From positions 211,755 to 275,754 of the forward strand of contig OZ246408.1 in NCBI GenBank assembly GCA_965231015.1: a stretch of 64,000 bases of DNA, read 5' to 3'. The DNA comes from an uncultured Gammaproteobacteria bacterium (GTDB taxonomy: Bacteria > Patescibacteriota > Patescibacteriia > UBA9934 > CAZDDW01). The notes beneath the pieces were generated by a model. That model ran no database searches and was not told where the DNA came from. It saw nothing but the letters and a program-made list of their open reading frames with translations. Each line of letters starts with the position of its first letter. Position 1 is the first letter of the stretch. Both the position numbers and the translations under genes were made by a program. Shown piece by piece: positions 10,967-20,600 of this stretch.

Positions 10967-10996
10967 CGCTAAAAAAAGATGGATAGTGCTGGAGCC

Positions 10997-11036
10997 CGTG
11001 GTTCCTCCCCTCTAAGAGGAGGTTAGGAGGGGTACC
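10997..11036 (+). repeat. CCCCTC...GGTTAGGAGGGG repeat, copy 1 (40-bp direct repeat with 11743-11782)
   Basis: 37/40 identical to 11743-11782. Confidence 0.8.
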
Positions 11037-11089
11037 ATTGAAAAAAGAAAAGTGGTATAATCTACGCGAAAATAATTAAATTTTTTTTT

Positions 11090-11449
11090 ATGGAAGATGC
11101 TCCAAAAAGTCCTGAAATGGGCGGAGACAAGAAAGATATTGAGGAAAATAAGGTTGTGGCCGCAATTGGCTACCTTTGGATTCTTTGTCTTGTTCCACTT
11201 CTTGCCAAGAAGGACTCCAAGTTTGCCCAGCATCATGGAAAACAAGGTTTAGTACTGACCGTTGTTTCCGTGATTATGTGGGTAGTCGGTTTTATTCTAG
11301 CCTTTATTCCAGTCATTGGTTGGATTATTTTATTCGCCTGTTGGATTGCCATTATCGTTTTAGCGGTGCTCGGCATTATTAATGCTTTGAACGGAAATTA
11401 TTGGGAAATGCCAATTCTCGGTGAGTACGCGAAGAAAATTAAGTTGTAG
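11090..11449 (+). CDS. DUF4870 / Tic20-like membrane protein
   Basis: AAIGYLWILCLVPLL..KDSKFAQHHGKQGL..GIINALNG..MPILG. Confidence 0.85.
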   Translation: MEDAPKSPEMGGDKKDIEENKVVAAIGYLWILCLVPLLAKKDSKFAQHHGKQGLVLTVVSVIMWVVGFILAFIPVIGWIILFACWIAIIVLAVLGIINALNGNYWEMPILGEYAKKIKL

Positions 11450-11497
11450 GGATTGATTGAATCAATCCGGTGTAGGGGCGGACCCGTGTGTCCGCCC
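11446..11497 (+). repeat. tandem GTAG-type REPs
   Basis: GTAGGGATTGATTGAATCAATCC and GTAGGGGCGGACCCGTGTGTCCGCCC. Confidence 0.7.
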
Positions 11498-11555
11498 TTT
11501 TGAATAAAAATAACCCGGTTTTCTTTGGACCGGCAAAGAAAACCGGAAAAAAGAA

Positions 11556-11748
11556 ACCGGTCGCCTTTCTGCACTCGCCGGAGGTAGATAATGAACATTT
11601 TATGACCTTGACTGCGGGACTTGCCTCGCACCTTTGTCATTGGGGTAGGTGCTCGGCTTCAAACAGTCCTCGTCATCCGGTCATTCGACCGGACCGGTCA
11701 AAAATATCCATTAACCTCTGTCGTGCTCGAAGTGGCGGAACTCGTGGT
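11556..11748. other. ~190-nt imperfect rod-shaped hairpin element
   Basis: nested complementarity, e.g. GAGGT..AATG..ATTTT.TGACC / GGTCA.AAAAT..CATT.ACCTC and GCGGGACT / AGTCCTCGT. Confidence 0.5.
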
Positions 11749-11782
11749 TTTTCCCCTCTAAGGGGAGGTTAGGAGGGGTACC
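11743..11782 (+). repeat. CCCCTC...GGTTAGGAGGGG repeat, copy 2
   Basis: direct repeat of 10997-11036. Confidence 0.8.
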
Positions 11783-11791
11783 TTCAGTAAG

Positions 11792-11827
11792 AAATAATAA
11801 AGCCGCGCTCTCGGGCGGAGGCGCGGC
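11792..11827 (-). terminator. intrinsic terminator for gene 12224-11850
   Basis: GCCGCGC...GCGCGGC stem then TTTATTATT on the minus strand. Confidence 0.7.
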
Positions 11828-11849
11828 GACTCGGTGTGTCAGGTGTCCC

Positions 11850-12224
11850 TTAGTAGTAGTCGACGTTGCGATCGAAGTGAATCACATGATAGTAGCGGCC
11901 ATTGTTTTCGATGACCGTACAGCAGTCAGTCAAGACCTTGTGCGGTTCCTGGTAGGATGGAATTTCACCCATGGGTGTACTCATGGTTCCGGTCTTGCCC
12001 GGGATTTCACGCACCACGCAAGAATCTTTGCAAGCCTCGCGTAACTCCTCGGTGGCCGGGTCATTCGGATCAACCTCGACGGCAGACTTGTACTTCTGTT
12101 CGACCACCATAGGTACGGGGCCGGGCTCAAAGACCTCGGCACTGGTTTCCGAATCGCTCCCTATTCCTCCGCAGGCCAAGCCGAGGAAACAGACGCAGGC
12201 AATCAGGCTCATACGAAAGATCAT
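11850..12224 (-). CDS. predicted lipoprotein, hypothetical
   Basis: lipobox GLAC-GG; SD AAAGGAG; promoter TTGACA-17-TAAGAT (12283-12255); GC-rich codons. Confidence 0.7.
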   Translation of the reverse strand: MIFRMSLIACVCFLGLACGGIGSDSETSAEVFEPGPVPMVVEQKYKSAVEVDPNDPATEELREACKDSCVVREIPGKTGTMSTPMGEIPSYQEPHKVLTDCCTVIENNGRYYHVIHFDRNVDYY

Positions 12225-12325
12225 GTTGGCTCTCCTTTCCCGAATCAGGTAATAATCTTAGGCTAAAATATGGGTTGTGTCAAGGCTTGAATTTTTGAGT
12301 AGGTTTGCTAAAATAAGCCTAGTTT

Positions 12326-13444
12326 ATGAAAGAGCTGACAAAACAAGTGAGCGAGCTAAAAACCCGGGTCCAGGAGACCTGGGGGCTTTTGGATTTAGAC
12401 ACTGTTAAGACAGAGCTGGAGACGTTGGAATCCGAGATGTCAGCTCCGGATTTTTGGAATGATCAGGACAAGGCTAAGGTTGTCAGCAAACAAGCAGCCG
12501 ACCTCAAAGAAGAACTTAAGACTTGGGAGGGATTCATGAAAGAGGTAGATGACTTGGTCGAGCTCACTAGCTCGGATGACGACTCGTTGCATGATGACGT
12601 GGCAAAGAGTCTCGAGGATTTGGAGACCAGATTTGCCAAAATGGAGTTTGCCACTTTGTTTGCTGGACCGTACGACAAAAATAATGCCATTCTTTCTTAT
12701 CATGCCGGGAGTGGCGGAACCGAAGCCCAAGATTGGGTAGAAATGCTGGTTCGAATGATCACGCGCTTTGCTGAAAAGATGGGTTGGGAAGTCCATATTT
12801 TGTTTGAGTCTCGTGGGTCTGAGGCCGGAATCAAGAGTTTGACCATGCGAGTGAGTGGTCGGTACGCATTTGGATATTTGAAAAGCGAACATGGGGTGCA
12901 TCGGCTAGTCCGTATCAGTCCTTTTGATGCCGAGAAGATGCGCCATACTTCGTTTGCGCTCATTGAAGTTATTCCGGAGCTTGCTGAAACTAACGAAATC
13001 GAGATCGATCCCAAAGATATTCGTATTGATACCTTCATGGCCGGCGGTCATGGCGGACAAAGTGTGAACACTACCTACTCGGCGGTCAGAATTGTACATG
13101 AACCAACCGGAATTACGGTGGGTTGTCAAAACGAACGCTCACAAAAGCAAAACAAAGAAACCGCACTCAAGATCTTGCAATCAAAATTACATCAGCTACA
13201 ATTAGAAGAGGAACAAGAGAAAAAGAAAGAACTCCGTGGCGACTACCAGTCAGCTGAATGGGGAAACCAGATCCGTTCATACGTTCTACATCCGTACAAG
13301 ATGGTCAAGGATCACCGAACAGAATATGAATCACAGGATCCTGACGCCGTCCTCGACGGAGATCTTGAACCATTCATGGAAGCGTTTCTGCGCAAGCAGC
13401 TCGAGGAAAGTGATCGGTTTGAGAGTGCTAATATAGATAATTAG
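12326..13444 (+). CDS. prfB: peptide chain release factor 2 (no programmed frameshift)
   Basis: SPF specificity motif, GGQ motif, WGNQIRSY; continuous ORF. Confidence 0.97.
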   Translation: MKELTKQVSELKTRVQETWGLLDLDTVKTELETLESEMSAPDFWNDQDKAKVVSKQAADLKEELKTWEGFMKEVDDLVELTSSDDDSLHDDVAKSLEDLETRFAKMEFATLFAGPYDKNNAILSYHAGSGGTEAQDWVEMLVRMITRFAEKMGWEVHILFESRGSEAGIKSLTMRVSGRYAFGYLKSEHGVHRLVRISPFDAEKMRHTSFALIEVIPELAETNEIEIDPKDIRIDTFMAGGHGGQSVNTTYSAVRIVHEPTGITVGCQNERSQKQNKETALKILQSKLHQLQLEEEQEKKKELRGDYQSAEWGNQIRSYVLHPYKMVKDHRTEYESQDPDAVLDGDLEPFMEAFLRKQLEESDRFESANIDN

Positions 13445-13446
13445 AA

Positions 13447-13534
13447 TTCCCCTCCTTGAAGGAGGGGTTAGGGGTGGTGCCGCTAGATAGATTTCTGACG
13501 GTACCCCCTCTAACTCCCCCTTACAGGGGGAGAA
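13447..13534. repeat. inverted pair of CCCCTC...GGGGTTAGGGG repeats
   Basis: TTCCCCTCCTTGAAGGAGGGGTTAGGGGTGG (+) and reverse-oriented copy 13500-13534; related to 10997 and 11743 copies. Confidence 0.7.
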
Positions 13535-13545
13535 CGCATAGAAAT

Positions 13546-14481
13546 ATGGCCAAAAAATATAAAAAAGCTCTGGTGGTTGGTGGGGCCGGTTTTATTGGTT
13601 CGCACGTGGTTGAAGCCTTGATTAAGCGAAGAATTAAGGTATTTGTAGTAGATGACTTGTCTTCTGGAAAGAAAAGTAACCTGAACCCAAATGCCAAGTT
13701 TTTTAAGATGTCTGTTACCAGTCCGGCTTTTCCCAAGCTTGTAAAAAAGATCAAGCCTGACGTTATTTTTCATTTTGCAGCTCAAATAGATGTTCGGGTT
13801 TCAGTGGCTGACCCGATCAAGGATGCTAGAGTAAATATTATGGGCTCGCTCGCACTTATCAAGTCGGCAGCTGATGCCGGAGTGAAAAAGATTGTCTTTG
13901 CTTCAAGTGGTGGGGCTATGTATCCAGAGAGACTTAAACCACCATATAAAGAAACCGTTCAGCCAGAACCGATTTCGCCGTATGCTATTGCCAAACGCGC
14001 AGTCGAATTGTATTTAGATTTTGCTAATTTGGAATATGGTATTCCAACCGTGTCATTGCGTTTTGCTAACGTATACGGACCGCGTCAAGATTCTTCCGGT
14101 GAGGCTGGAGTGGTTGCTATTTTTTCCGAAAAAATGCTCAAGGGTCAGCAGCCGGTGATTTTTGGCACCGGTAAGCAAACACGGGATTATGTTTACGTGG
14201 GTGATGTGGCAAGAGCTTGCCTGGCGGCCATGAATCGTTCTGTTAGCGGGCGGTTTAATATTGGAACCGGTAAACAAACTGACTTGATTACGCTTTTCAA
14301 AAAGATAAAAAATATCACCGGAGCAGATGTGGTGCAAAAACATGGTCCGGCCAAGTCCGGTGAAGTGATGCGATCAGCCTTGCATTGCGGTTTGGCTGAT
14401 AGAAAGCTTGGTTGGCGACCGAAGGTAAAGCTCGACGAAGGGTTACAAAAGACAGTTGATTGGTTTAGAAAAAAGATTTAA
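13546..14481 (+). CDS. NAD-dependent epimerase/dehydratase (UDP-glucose 4-epimerase-like)
   Basis: GGAGFIGSH, YAIAK (YxxxK), NVYGPRQ, RDYVYVGDVA. Confidence 0.92.
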   Translation: MAKKYKKALVVGGAGFIGSHVVEALIKRRIKVFVVDDLSSGKKSNLNPNAKFFKMSVTSPAFPKLVKKIKPDVIFHFAAQIDVRVSVADPIKDARVNIMGSLALIKSAADAGVKKIVFASSGGAMYPERLKPPYKETVQPEPISPYAIAKRAVELYLDFANLEYGIPTVSLRFANVYGPRQDSSGEAGVVAIFSEKMLKGQQPVIFGTGKQTRDYVYVGDVARACLAAMNRSVSGRFNIGTGKQTDLITLFKKIKNITGADVVQKHGPAKSGEVMRSALHCGLADRKLGWRPKVKLDEGLQKTVDWFRKKI

Positions 14482-14535
14482 TGTATAAATGAATAAATTT
14501 ATTCATCTATACATTTATTCATTGACTGTGACACT

Positions 14536-15207
14536 ATGAACACTTGGGTCGTGATCCCAGCGTATAACGAGGAGGCTAAACTGGCAGAAGTGTTACGAGA
14601 GGTTTTGGATTATGTGCCGAATGTGGTAGTGATTGATGACGGGTCAACGGATCGCACTTACGACGTAGCTCGATACTGCGGGGTACACGTGCTGCAGCAC
14701 AAGATTAATCGTGGTCAAGGGGCGGCCCTTGCCACCGGAATTGAGTATGCGCTTAGAAACGGAGCGGACGCCATCGTAACATTCGATTCGGACGGTCAGC
14801 ATGCGGCGGAAGAGATCGAAATGATGTTAGAGCCTTTAATGATAGGAGAAGCTGAGGTGGTTTTAGGGTCTCGATTTCTTAAAAATACCCACAAAAACAT
14901 GCCTAAATTGCGCCAAATTATCATCAAAGGCGGAATTATTTTTACTAAGATCTTATCTCAGATTAATATTACAGATACTCACAACGGCTTCCGTGTCTTG
15001 AGTCGAAAAGCGGCTGAAGAGATCGGAATAAATCAAGATCGCATGGCCCATGCTTCTGAAATTCTTGACCAAATTACAAAGAATAAATTGAAGTACGTGG
15101 AGCGACCGGTCACTATTACTTATACAGATTATTCCAAAGCCGGTGGGCAGGGAAACCTAAACGCCATTAAAATTGCCGCGCGCATGATATTTTCAAAGTT
15201 GTTCTAA
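14536..15207 (+). CDS. glycosyltransferase family 2 (DPM1-like)
   Basis: VVIPAYNEE, DDGSTD, DSDGQH, DTHNGFR. Confidence 0.93.
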   Translation: MNTWVVIPAYNEEAKLAEVLREVLDYVPNVVVIDDGSTDRTYDVARYCGVHVLQHKINRGQGAALATGIEYALRNGADAIVTFDSDGQHAAEEIEMMLEPLMIGEAEVVLGSRFLKNTHKNMPKLRQIIIKGGIIFTKILSQINITDTHNGFRVLSRKAAEEIGINQDRMAHASEILDQITKNKLKYVERPVTITYTDYSKAGGQGNLNAIKIAARMIFSKLF

Positions 15208-15210
15208 GTT

Positions 15211-15564
15211 ATGACCATTCAAATAATTATTTCAATTGTTATTGCGTTCATTGTTGCCAAGACAGCGGCTCGGTATCGCAAAAAAGAAATCAGTACTAGG
15301 CTGTTTGTTTTTTGGGTTCTGTTTTGGTTACTGGCCGCTCTGCTTTTTTGGATGCCGGAACTGTCACAGTATGTAGCTGACTTGCTTGAAGTTGGGCGAG
15401 GGGTTGATGCTATCCTTTACATTTCTCTTGTGATCCTCTTTTATTTCATGTTTAAAATTTTTAATCGTTTTGAGCGTATGGAACGGGAAATAACAAAATT
15501 GGTTCGTGAAACAGCAATCTTGAATGCAGAAAAACCTGAAAATTCTGATGAACAAAACAAATAA
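15211..15564 (+). CDS. DUF2304 family membrane protein
   Basis: three TM segments, GRGVDA motif, typical GT2 partner. Confidence 0.8.
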   Translation: MTIQIIISIVIAFIVAKTAARYRKKEISTRLFVFWVLFWLLAALLFWMPELSQYVADLLEVGRGVDAILYISLVILFYFMFKIFNRFERMEREITKLVRETAILNAEKPENSDEQNK

Positions 15565-16156
15565 ACAATTTAAAACTGCTTTGGAGATGCTCAAAAATGG
15601 GGAGGTGGTTGTTTTTCCAACGGAAACTGCCTATGGTTTAGCAGCAGATGCCACCAACCACGAGGCAGTACAAAGATTGGCTTTGATTAAGGGTCGAGGA
15701 AGCAAAGTAATGTCCGTGATTGTGGCTGATACAGCCATGGCCAAGCAATATGTAAAAATGAGTCAGGCGGCAATGCGGTTAGCTAAATGGATGTGGCCCG
15801 GACCACTTACCATGGTTTTACCGGTCAAGGCTTCAGCCTTGGGAAAATTATCAGACAGGTGTGTTAAAGACGGCATGGTTGCAGTCCGTGTATCCTCTCA
15901 TAAGGTAGCAATATTACTCTCAAAAGAGCTAAAAAAGCCGGTTGTTGCCACTTCCGCCAATTTGGCCGGAGAGCCTCAGTGTTATTCAGTTCGAGCAGTT
16001 AAAAAACAGTTTCAAACCCGTCGTTTACAACCGGATTTCTATTTAGATGTTGGTGCCTTACCACGTCGCAAACCATCGACTATTATCAAAGTCAGCGGAA
16101 ACGAGATTGAAACTCTACGCACAGGTTCGATCAAGCTTGGGAAAGATTTAGTATGA
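15548..16156 (+). CDS. tsaC: L-threonylcarbamoyladenylate synthase (Sua5/YrdC)
   Basis: FPTETAYGL, KGR, WPGPLT, TSANLAG, PSTII. Confidence 0.93.
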   Translation: MNKTNKQFKTALEMLKNGEVVVFPTETAYGLAADATNHEAVQRLALIKGRGSKVMSVIVADTAMAKQYVKMSQAAMRLAKWMWPGPLTMVLPVKASALGKLSDRCVKDGMVAVRVSSHKVAILLSKELKKPVVATSANLAGEPQCYSVRAVKKQFQTRRLQPDFYLDVGALPRRKPSTIIKVSGNEIETLRTGSIKLGKDLV

Positions 16157-16953
16157 GCATTTTTACCAAAAAATCCTACGGACAACATTGGCTGAAAAGC
16201 AAGGTTGCGGTTAATAAGATTGTTGAAGCCTCTAAGATCCGGAAAAAGGATTTGATTTTGGAAATCGGTCCCGGAACCGGTTTGTTGACCGAGGCTCTAC
16301 TAGAGAAAACCAAGAATTTATTTGCCGTAGAGGCGGATCCGGATTTGATTGAAAAACTTCGAAATAAATTTGGACCGGAATTTAATCTGATCGAAGGAGA
16401 TGTTTTAAAGTTTTCCAACAAAGATCTTGTTGGCAAGGCCCGGGTCAAATATAAGGTGGTGGCCAATCTTCCGTATAACATTGCCAGCAGGATTTTGCGC
16501 AAATTTTTAACACAAGACCCAAGGCCGTCTGAAATGGTGGTCATGGTGCAAAAGGAAGTAGCGGATCGCATGGGAGCTAAGCCACCGAATATGAGTGTAA
16601 TTGGGGTGATGTGCCAGTTGTACTCAGATGTATCAAAGGTGTGCAAAGTGAAACCCGGGGCATTTGTGCCACCGCCGCAGGTTGATTCAGCTGTGGTGAA
16701 ATTGGAACTGAAACCGGTTTCACGATGGCGAATCAAAAATATTGAAGCCGAAGCTGTGGTTCGTTTAGCCAAAGTCGGTTTTTCTTCGCGCCGGAAACAA
16801 TTGCAACGCAATTTAGCTAACGGACGGATTATTTCTTCTGATCGGGCGCGTGACATTTTGTCTAAAATGGGCTTATCTGAAGAGGTTCGCGCTGAAGAAT
16901 TAACGGTTAAGGACTGGGTCTCTCTTTTTAAGGCTATTTCTTCTCTAAAATAA
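16153..16953 (+). CDS. rsmA: 16S rRNA m6,2A dimethyltransferase
   Basis: KKSYGQHWL, LEIGPGTG, ANLPYNI, FVPPPQVDSAVV. Confidence 0.96.
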   Translation: MSIFTKKSYGQHWLKSKVAVNKIVEASKIRKKDLILEIGPGTGLLTEALLEKTKNLFAVEADPDLIEKLRNKFGPEFNLIEGDVLKFSNKDLVGKARVKYKVVANLPYNIASRILRKFLTQDPRPSEMVVMVQKEVADRMGAKPPNMSVIGVMCQLYSDVSKVCKVKPGAFVPPPQVDSAVVKLELKPVSRWRIKNIEAEAVVRLAKVGFSSRRKQLQRNLANGRIISSDRARDILSKMGLSEEVRAEELTVKDWVSLFKAISSLK

Positions 16954-17031
16954 GTTGATTAAACCCTGAACAGTTTATCCTCATTTATAACTGGTGAAAG
17001 GTCGGTTTTTTTGTTATACTTTAAGGCAAAT

Positions 17032-17685
17032 ATGGAAAGAAAGATTGGGATTATCTTGTTTTTGATTTTGGCCGGTGCGGGTCTGGTTTTAGGTTTTCGG
17101 TATCTGAATGCTCACGTGCGCAGTCCGTTTTATAATGTGCTTTATTATGACGGACCGGAATACGTGACTTTGGCGGAACAAGAATTGGCCGAGCGTGAGG
17201 AACAAAAAAAGACTGACACGGACGGAGACGGCCTGAACGATTACGATGAAATGTACGTTTATGACACTAGTCCGTATTTAACTGATTCAGATTCAGATGG
17301 GTATGATGACAAGGCTGAAGTTTACGGTGGCCAGGATCCGAATTGTCCGGAGGGAAAGGATTGTGGAAGCTATTTTGCTTCAGCCGACGCCACTGGTTCA
17401 GCTGTGGCGGCCAGTGATTTCATTGGTGGGATCCCCAATTCCGGGATTGATGAAAACGGAGCTGGTACCACTTTTGAAACCGAGGAGGATATCATGAATT
17501 ATTTTTCTTCTTTGAGCGCGGATGAAATTCGAGAGGTCATGATCGCCTCAGGCGTGCCGGCTGAAACCTTGGATCAAGTTTCTGATGAGGAGTTGATTGA
17601 GCTTTTTAACGCGGCGCTGGCAAACGCCGAAGACACCGGGGCTTTTGCGAATATTGTGACCGATTACGCCAACAACCAAGAATAA
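17032..17685 (+). CDS. membrane-anchored acidic protein with thrombospondin-3-like Ca-binding motifs
   Basis: N-terminal TM; DTDGDGLNDYDE and DSDSDGYDDKAE motifs. Confidence 0.8.
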   Translation: MERKIGIILFLILAGAGLVLGFRYLNAHVRSPFYNVLYYDGPEYVTLAEQELAEREEQKKTDTDGDGLNDYDEMYVYDTSPYLTDSDSDGYDDKAEVYGGQDPNCPEGKDCGSYFASADATGSAVAASDFIGGIPNSGIDENGAGTTFETEEDIMNYFSSLSADEIREVMIASGVPAETLDQVSDEELIELFNAALANAEDTGAFANIVTDYANNQE

Positions 17686-17692
17686 AATTTTT

Positions 17693-20600
17693 ATGAATTT
17701 GGCCAGTCAAAACAAAAAAAGATTTCTAGGAGCTTTTATGTTAGTCCTGTTTGTCGGGACTTTTATTATTTCGAGTTTTTTGTTGGCTCATGCAGTCAAT
17801 GCGCAAAGTCAGGATCCATTAGCTACCGCTGAAGCCGGATCCCGAGCCGGTGAGTCAGCCGGAATGCCGGTCGGAAACGCCGGTCAGGCTGCGGCTGATG
17901 TTTTGGAAGTGACAAGCGAGAAATTGGTTCATCCACCTCTAAAAGTTGTTTTGAAAACGGTGCTGATCAACCTTTTGAGTTTTGTGTTAAACCGCCTGGC
18001 TTATGATTTGGCTGTCTTTATGGCCTCAGGTGGTCAGGGACAAACTCCGAATTTCCAGTACAAAAGTGCGGATGAATATTTTGCGGATCTTGGTATGGAC
18101 ATCGTCGGAGCCCACATGGACGCTTTGAACGGAGTGCTAGAAGAGATAGATGTAAACTTCAACGTTTGTGCCCCAGAAGATCCTATTTTCCGTATGGGTA
18201 TTCAGCTTGGGATTCGTTCCGCTTACAGTCGGCCAGAACCGAATTGTGATATTCGCGATGCTATAAATAATTGGGACAGCTTTGTAGGATCGATCCAGGA
18301 ACGTTTCCAGTCTATGGGAGAGAATCCGTCTGATTACGTCTTGAATGAGTTCAAAAAAATATATCGGCCAGGATCGAATGAACTTTCAGCCTCATTTACT
18401 ATTATTTCCAGTATCCAGGATGAGGCTACGACCCATAAAAATGTTAACTTTTTAGAAAATTTGTTTAATCAAGGATACTCGCCGGTAACTGACGCCATTA
18501 CCGGACAGGTTGAAACCCCAGCGGACATTATTCAACGCAAGACCCAGCAGGAGCTGGTTGAAGCTCAAGGAGATCAGACGCAGATGAATTGGGACGCGGT
18601 GATGTCTGACTCGGACCTACTCGTTGGAATGGGAATGTCAGCGGCTTCTGTTTTCTTAAATACTTTACTTTCCGAACTTCTTAACAATATTTATACCGGA
18701 GTGTTTGATGTTGAGCTTGTTGAAGAAGACGTTTTCTCCGGGCAGTATGCTTCAGTCGGAGGTCGAGAAGCGGCTGAAGAAAAGTACCGTGACCTGTTAA
18801 GTGTTGAGCTTGTTTCGCTCGACAGTTTTTCGCCAATAACCGAGCTTTTGGCCTGTCCGGGTTCAACCAGTCGCGGCATTTTCAACTGTGCTATGGACGC
18901 GGCTTTTGCTACCGCTGTGACAGCCGCGGAAACAGGGGAACCAATGACAGTTCAGGAGGCTCTTGACGACGGAATTTTGCATGGCAGTTGGCCACTCATT
19001 CCACCGGACGATTACGCCAAGAATCAGGATCCATACTGTTACACCTATGGTTATTGTTACGCCAACCTGGTTAAGCTTAGAAAGTTCCGTATTATTCCGA
19101 TTGGTTGGGAAATGGCCGCGGCATCACCATATAACAGCAAATCAAATCCAGTGACTCTTCAGGAGGTGGTGGATAGTTTTGATGATTGTTCAAACGAGGG
19201 TAAAGCTAATGCCAACCACCCATGGTGCCACATAATCGATCCAAACTGGGTCTTAAAAGCGCCGGAAACATATTGCCCTGCGGCTGCCCCGGGTGAGTTG
19301 CTCGTCAGTTCAAGCCTCGACACTCGTCAATCTTACTGTATGGATACTCCAAGTTGTATTGCCACAGACGACCAGGGAAATTGTATTGGCGGGCAAGGAT
19401 ATTGTACGCGGGAAAAAAATGTGTGGAATTTCCGCGGGGACGAGTGTCCAGAGCAATACGCCAGTTGTTTGAATTTCCAAAATGTCGATACCAATGAAAC
19501 TGCCAGCTGGCTTTTGAATACAGTTGATTTCAATGACTGTACTGAAGATAACGCCGGTTGTATGTGGTACCGCACCAATAAATATTTTGATGATTTCGGA
19601 ACCGGGGATACAAGTGACGATACTTATGAGTGGTTGGCAACCGGTGATGATTTTATTGTTGATGACCGGGATGATGACATGGAAAGCAATATTACCGGTC
19701 CGGGAAGTTATGGTTATGATTCAGATGGAGACGGAACAGATGATTATAGCTATGAGCAATACGCGTACGAAGACCGTCTTTATATGACCGGGGACGTGGT
19801 TTCCTGTGATGAGGCTGATGCCGGGTGTACCGAGCTCGTTGCCAAAGATAATGACACGTTCTTGAACTTGGTAGCCAACTCCAGTTTCGAGTATGACGAA
19901 AACGGAGACGGTGAACCGGATTTTTGGTACGGGGTAGACACGTCCGATTATCGCGTTGATGATGGTAGCTCACTTTATGGGCTTGACTCGATTGAAATGA
20001 GTTCGGCAACGGTCGACGTTTATCAAGAAATTAAAATAACTCCAAACGCCTTTTACACCTTGAGCTTCTTTGTCAAAGATCCGACCGCCGGTTCAATGAG
20101 CGGATCAATGTTGGTTGAGGTTTATGACGAATCCGGGGTTGAAGTCAGTTTAACCGGCACAACCATTCTGGGTGACTGTGTGCAGGATGATCCGTATTCA
20201 GTCATCACTGAATTTACTGATGTTGGAGAAGATTGGAGTCGTTATGAATGTATTTTTACGGCTCCGGAAGACGCGGATAATGTGCAATTGGTCTCTGATT
20301 GGGCCAGTGGTAATTATTATCTTGATGCTGTGCAATTGGAAGAGGGAAGCATAATGAGTGATTATCATGAAGAGTATGGCTCGAGCACGCTTGATTACGA
20401 TTATTATAAATTACCACCGGATTACTTAGGTTGTACCGGCTCTGATGCTGATCCGGCCGAGTGTGATGATTATGTCCGTATGTGTAGCGCCCAAGATGTT
20501 GGTTGTAATCTGTATTACCCGGAAGATGGTGACCCTGAGGTGCCGGCTATTATTACAGAACTTGATCAGTGTCCGAATGAGTGTGTTGGCTACGCCACCT

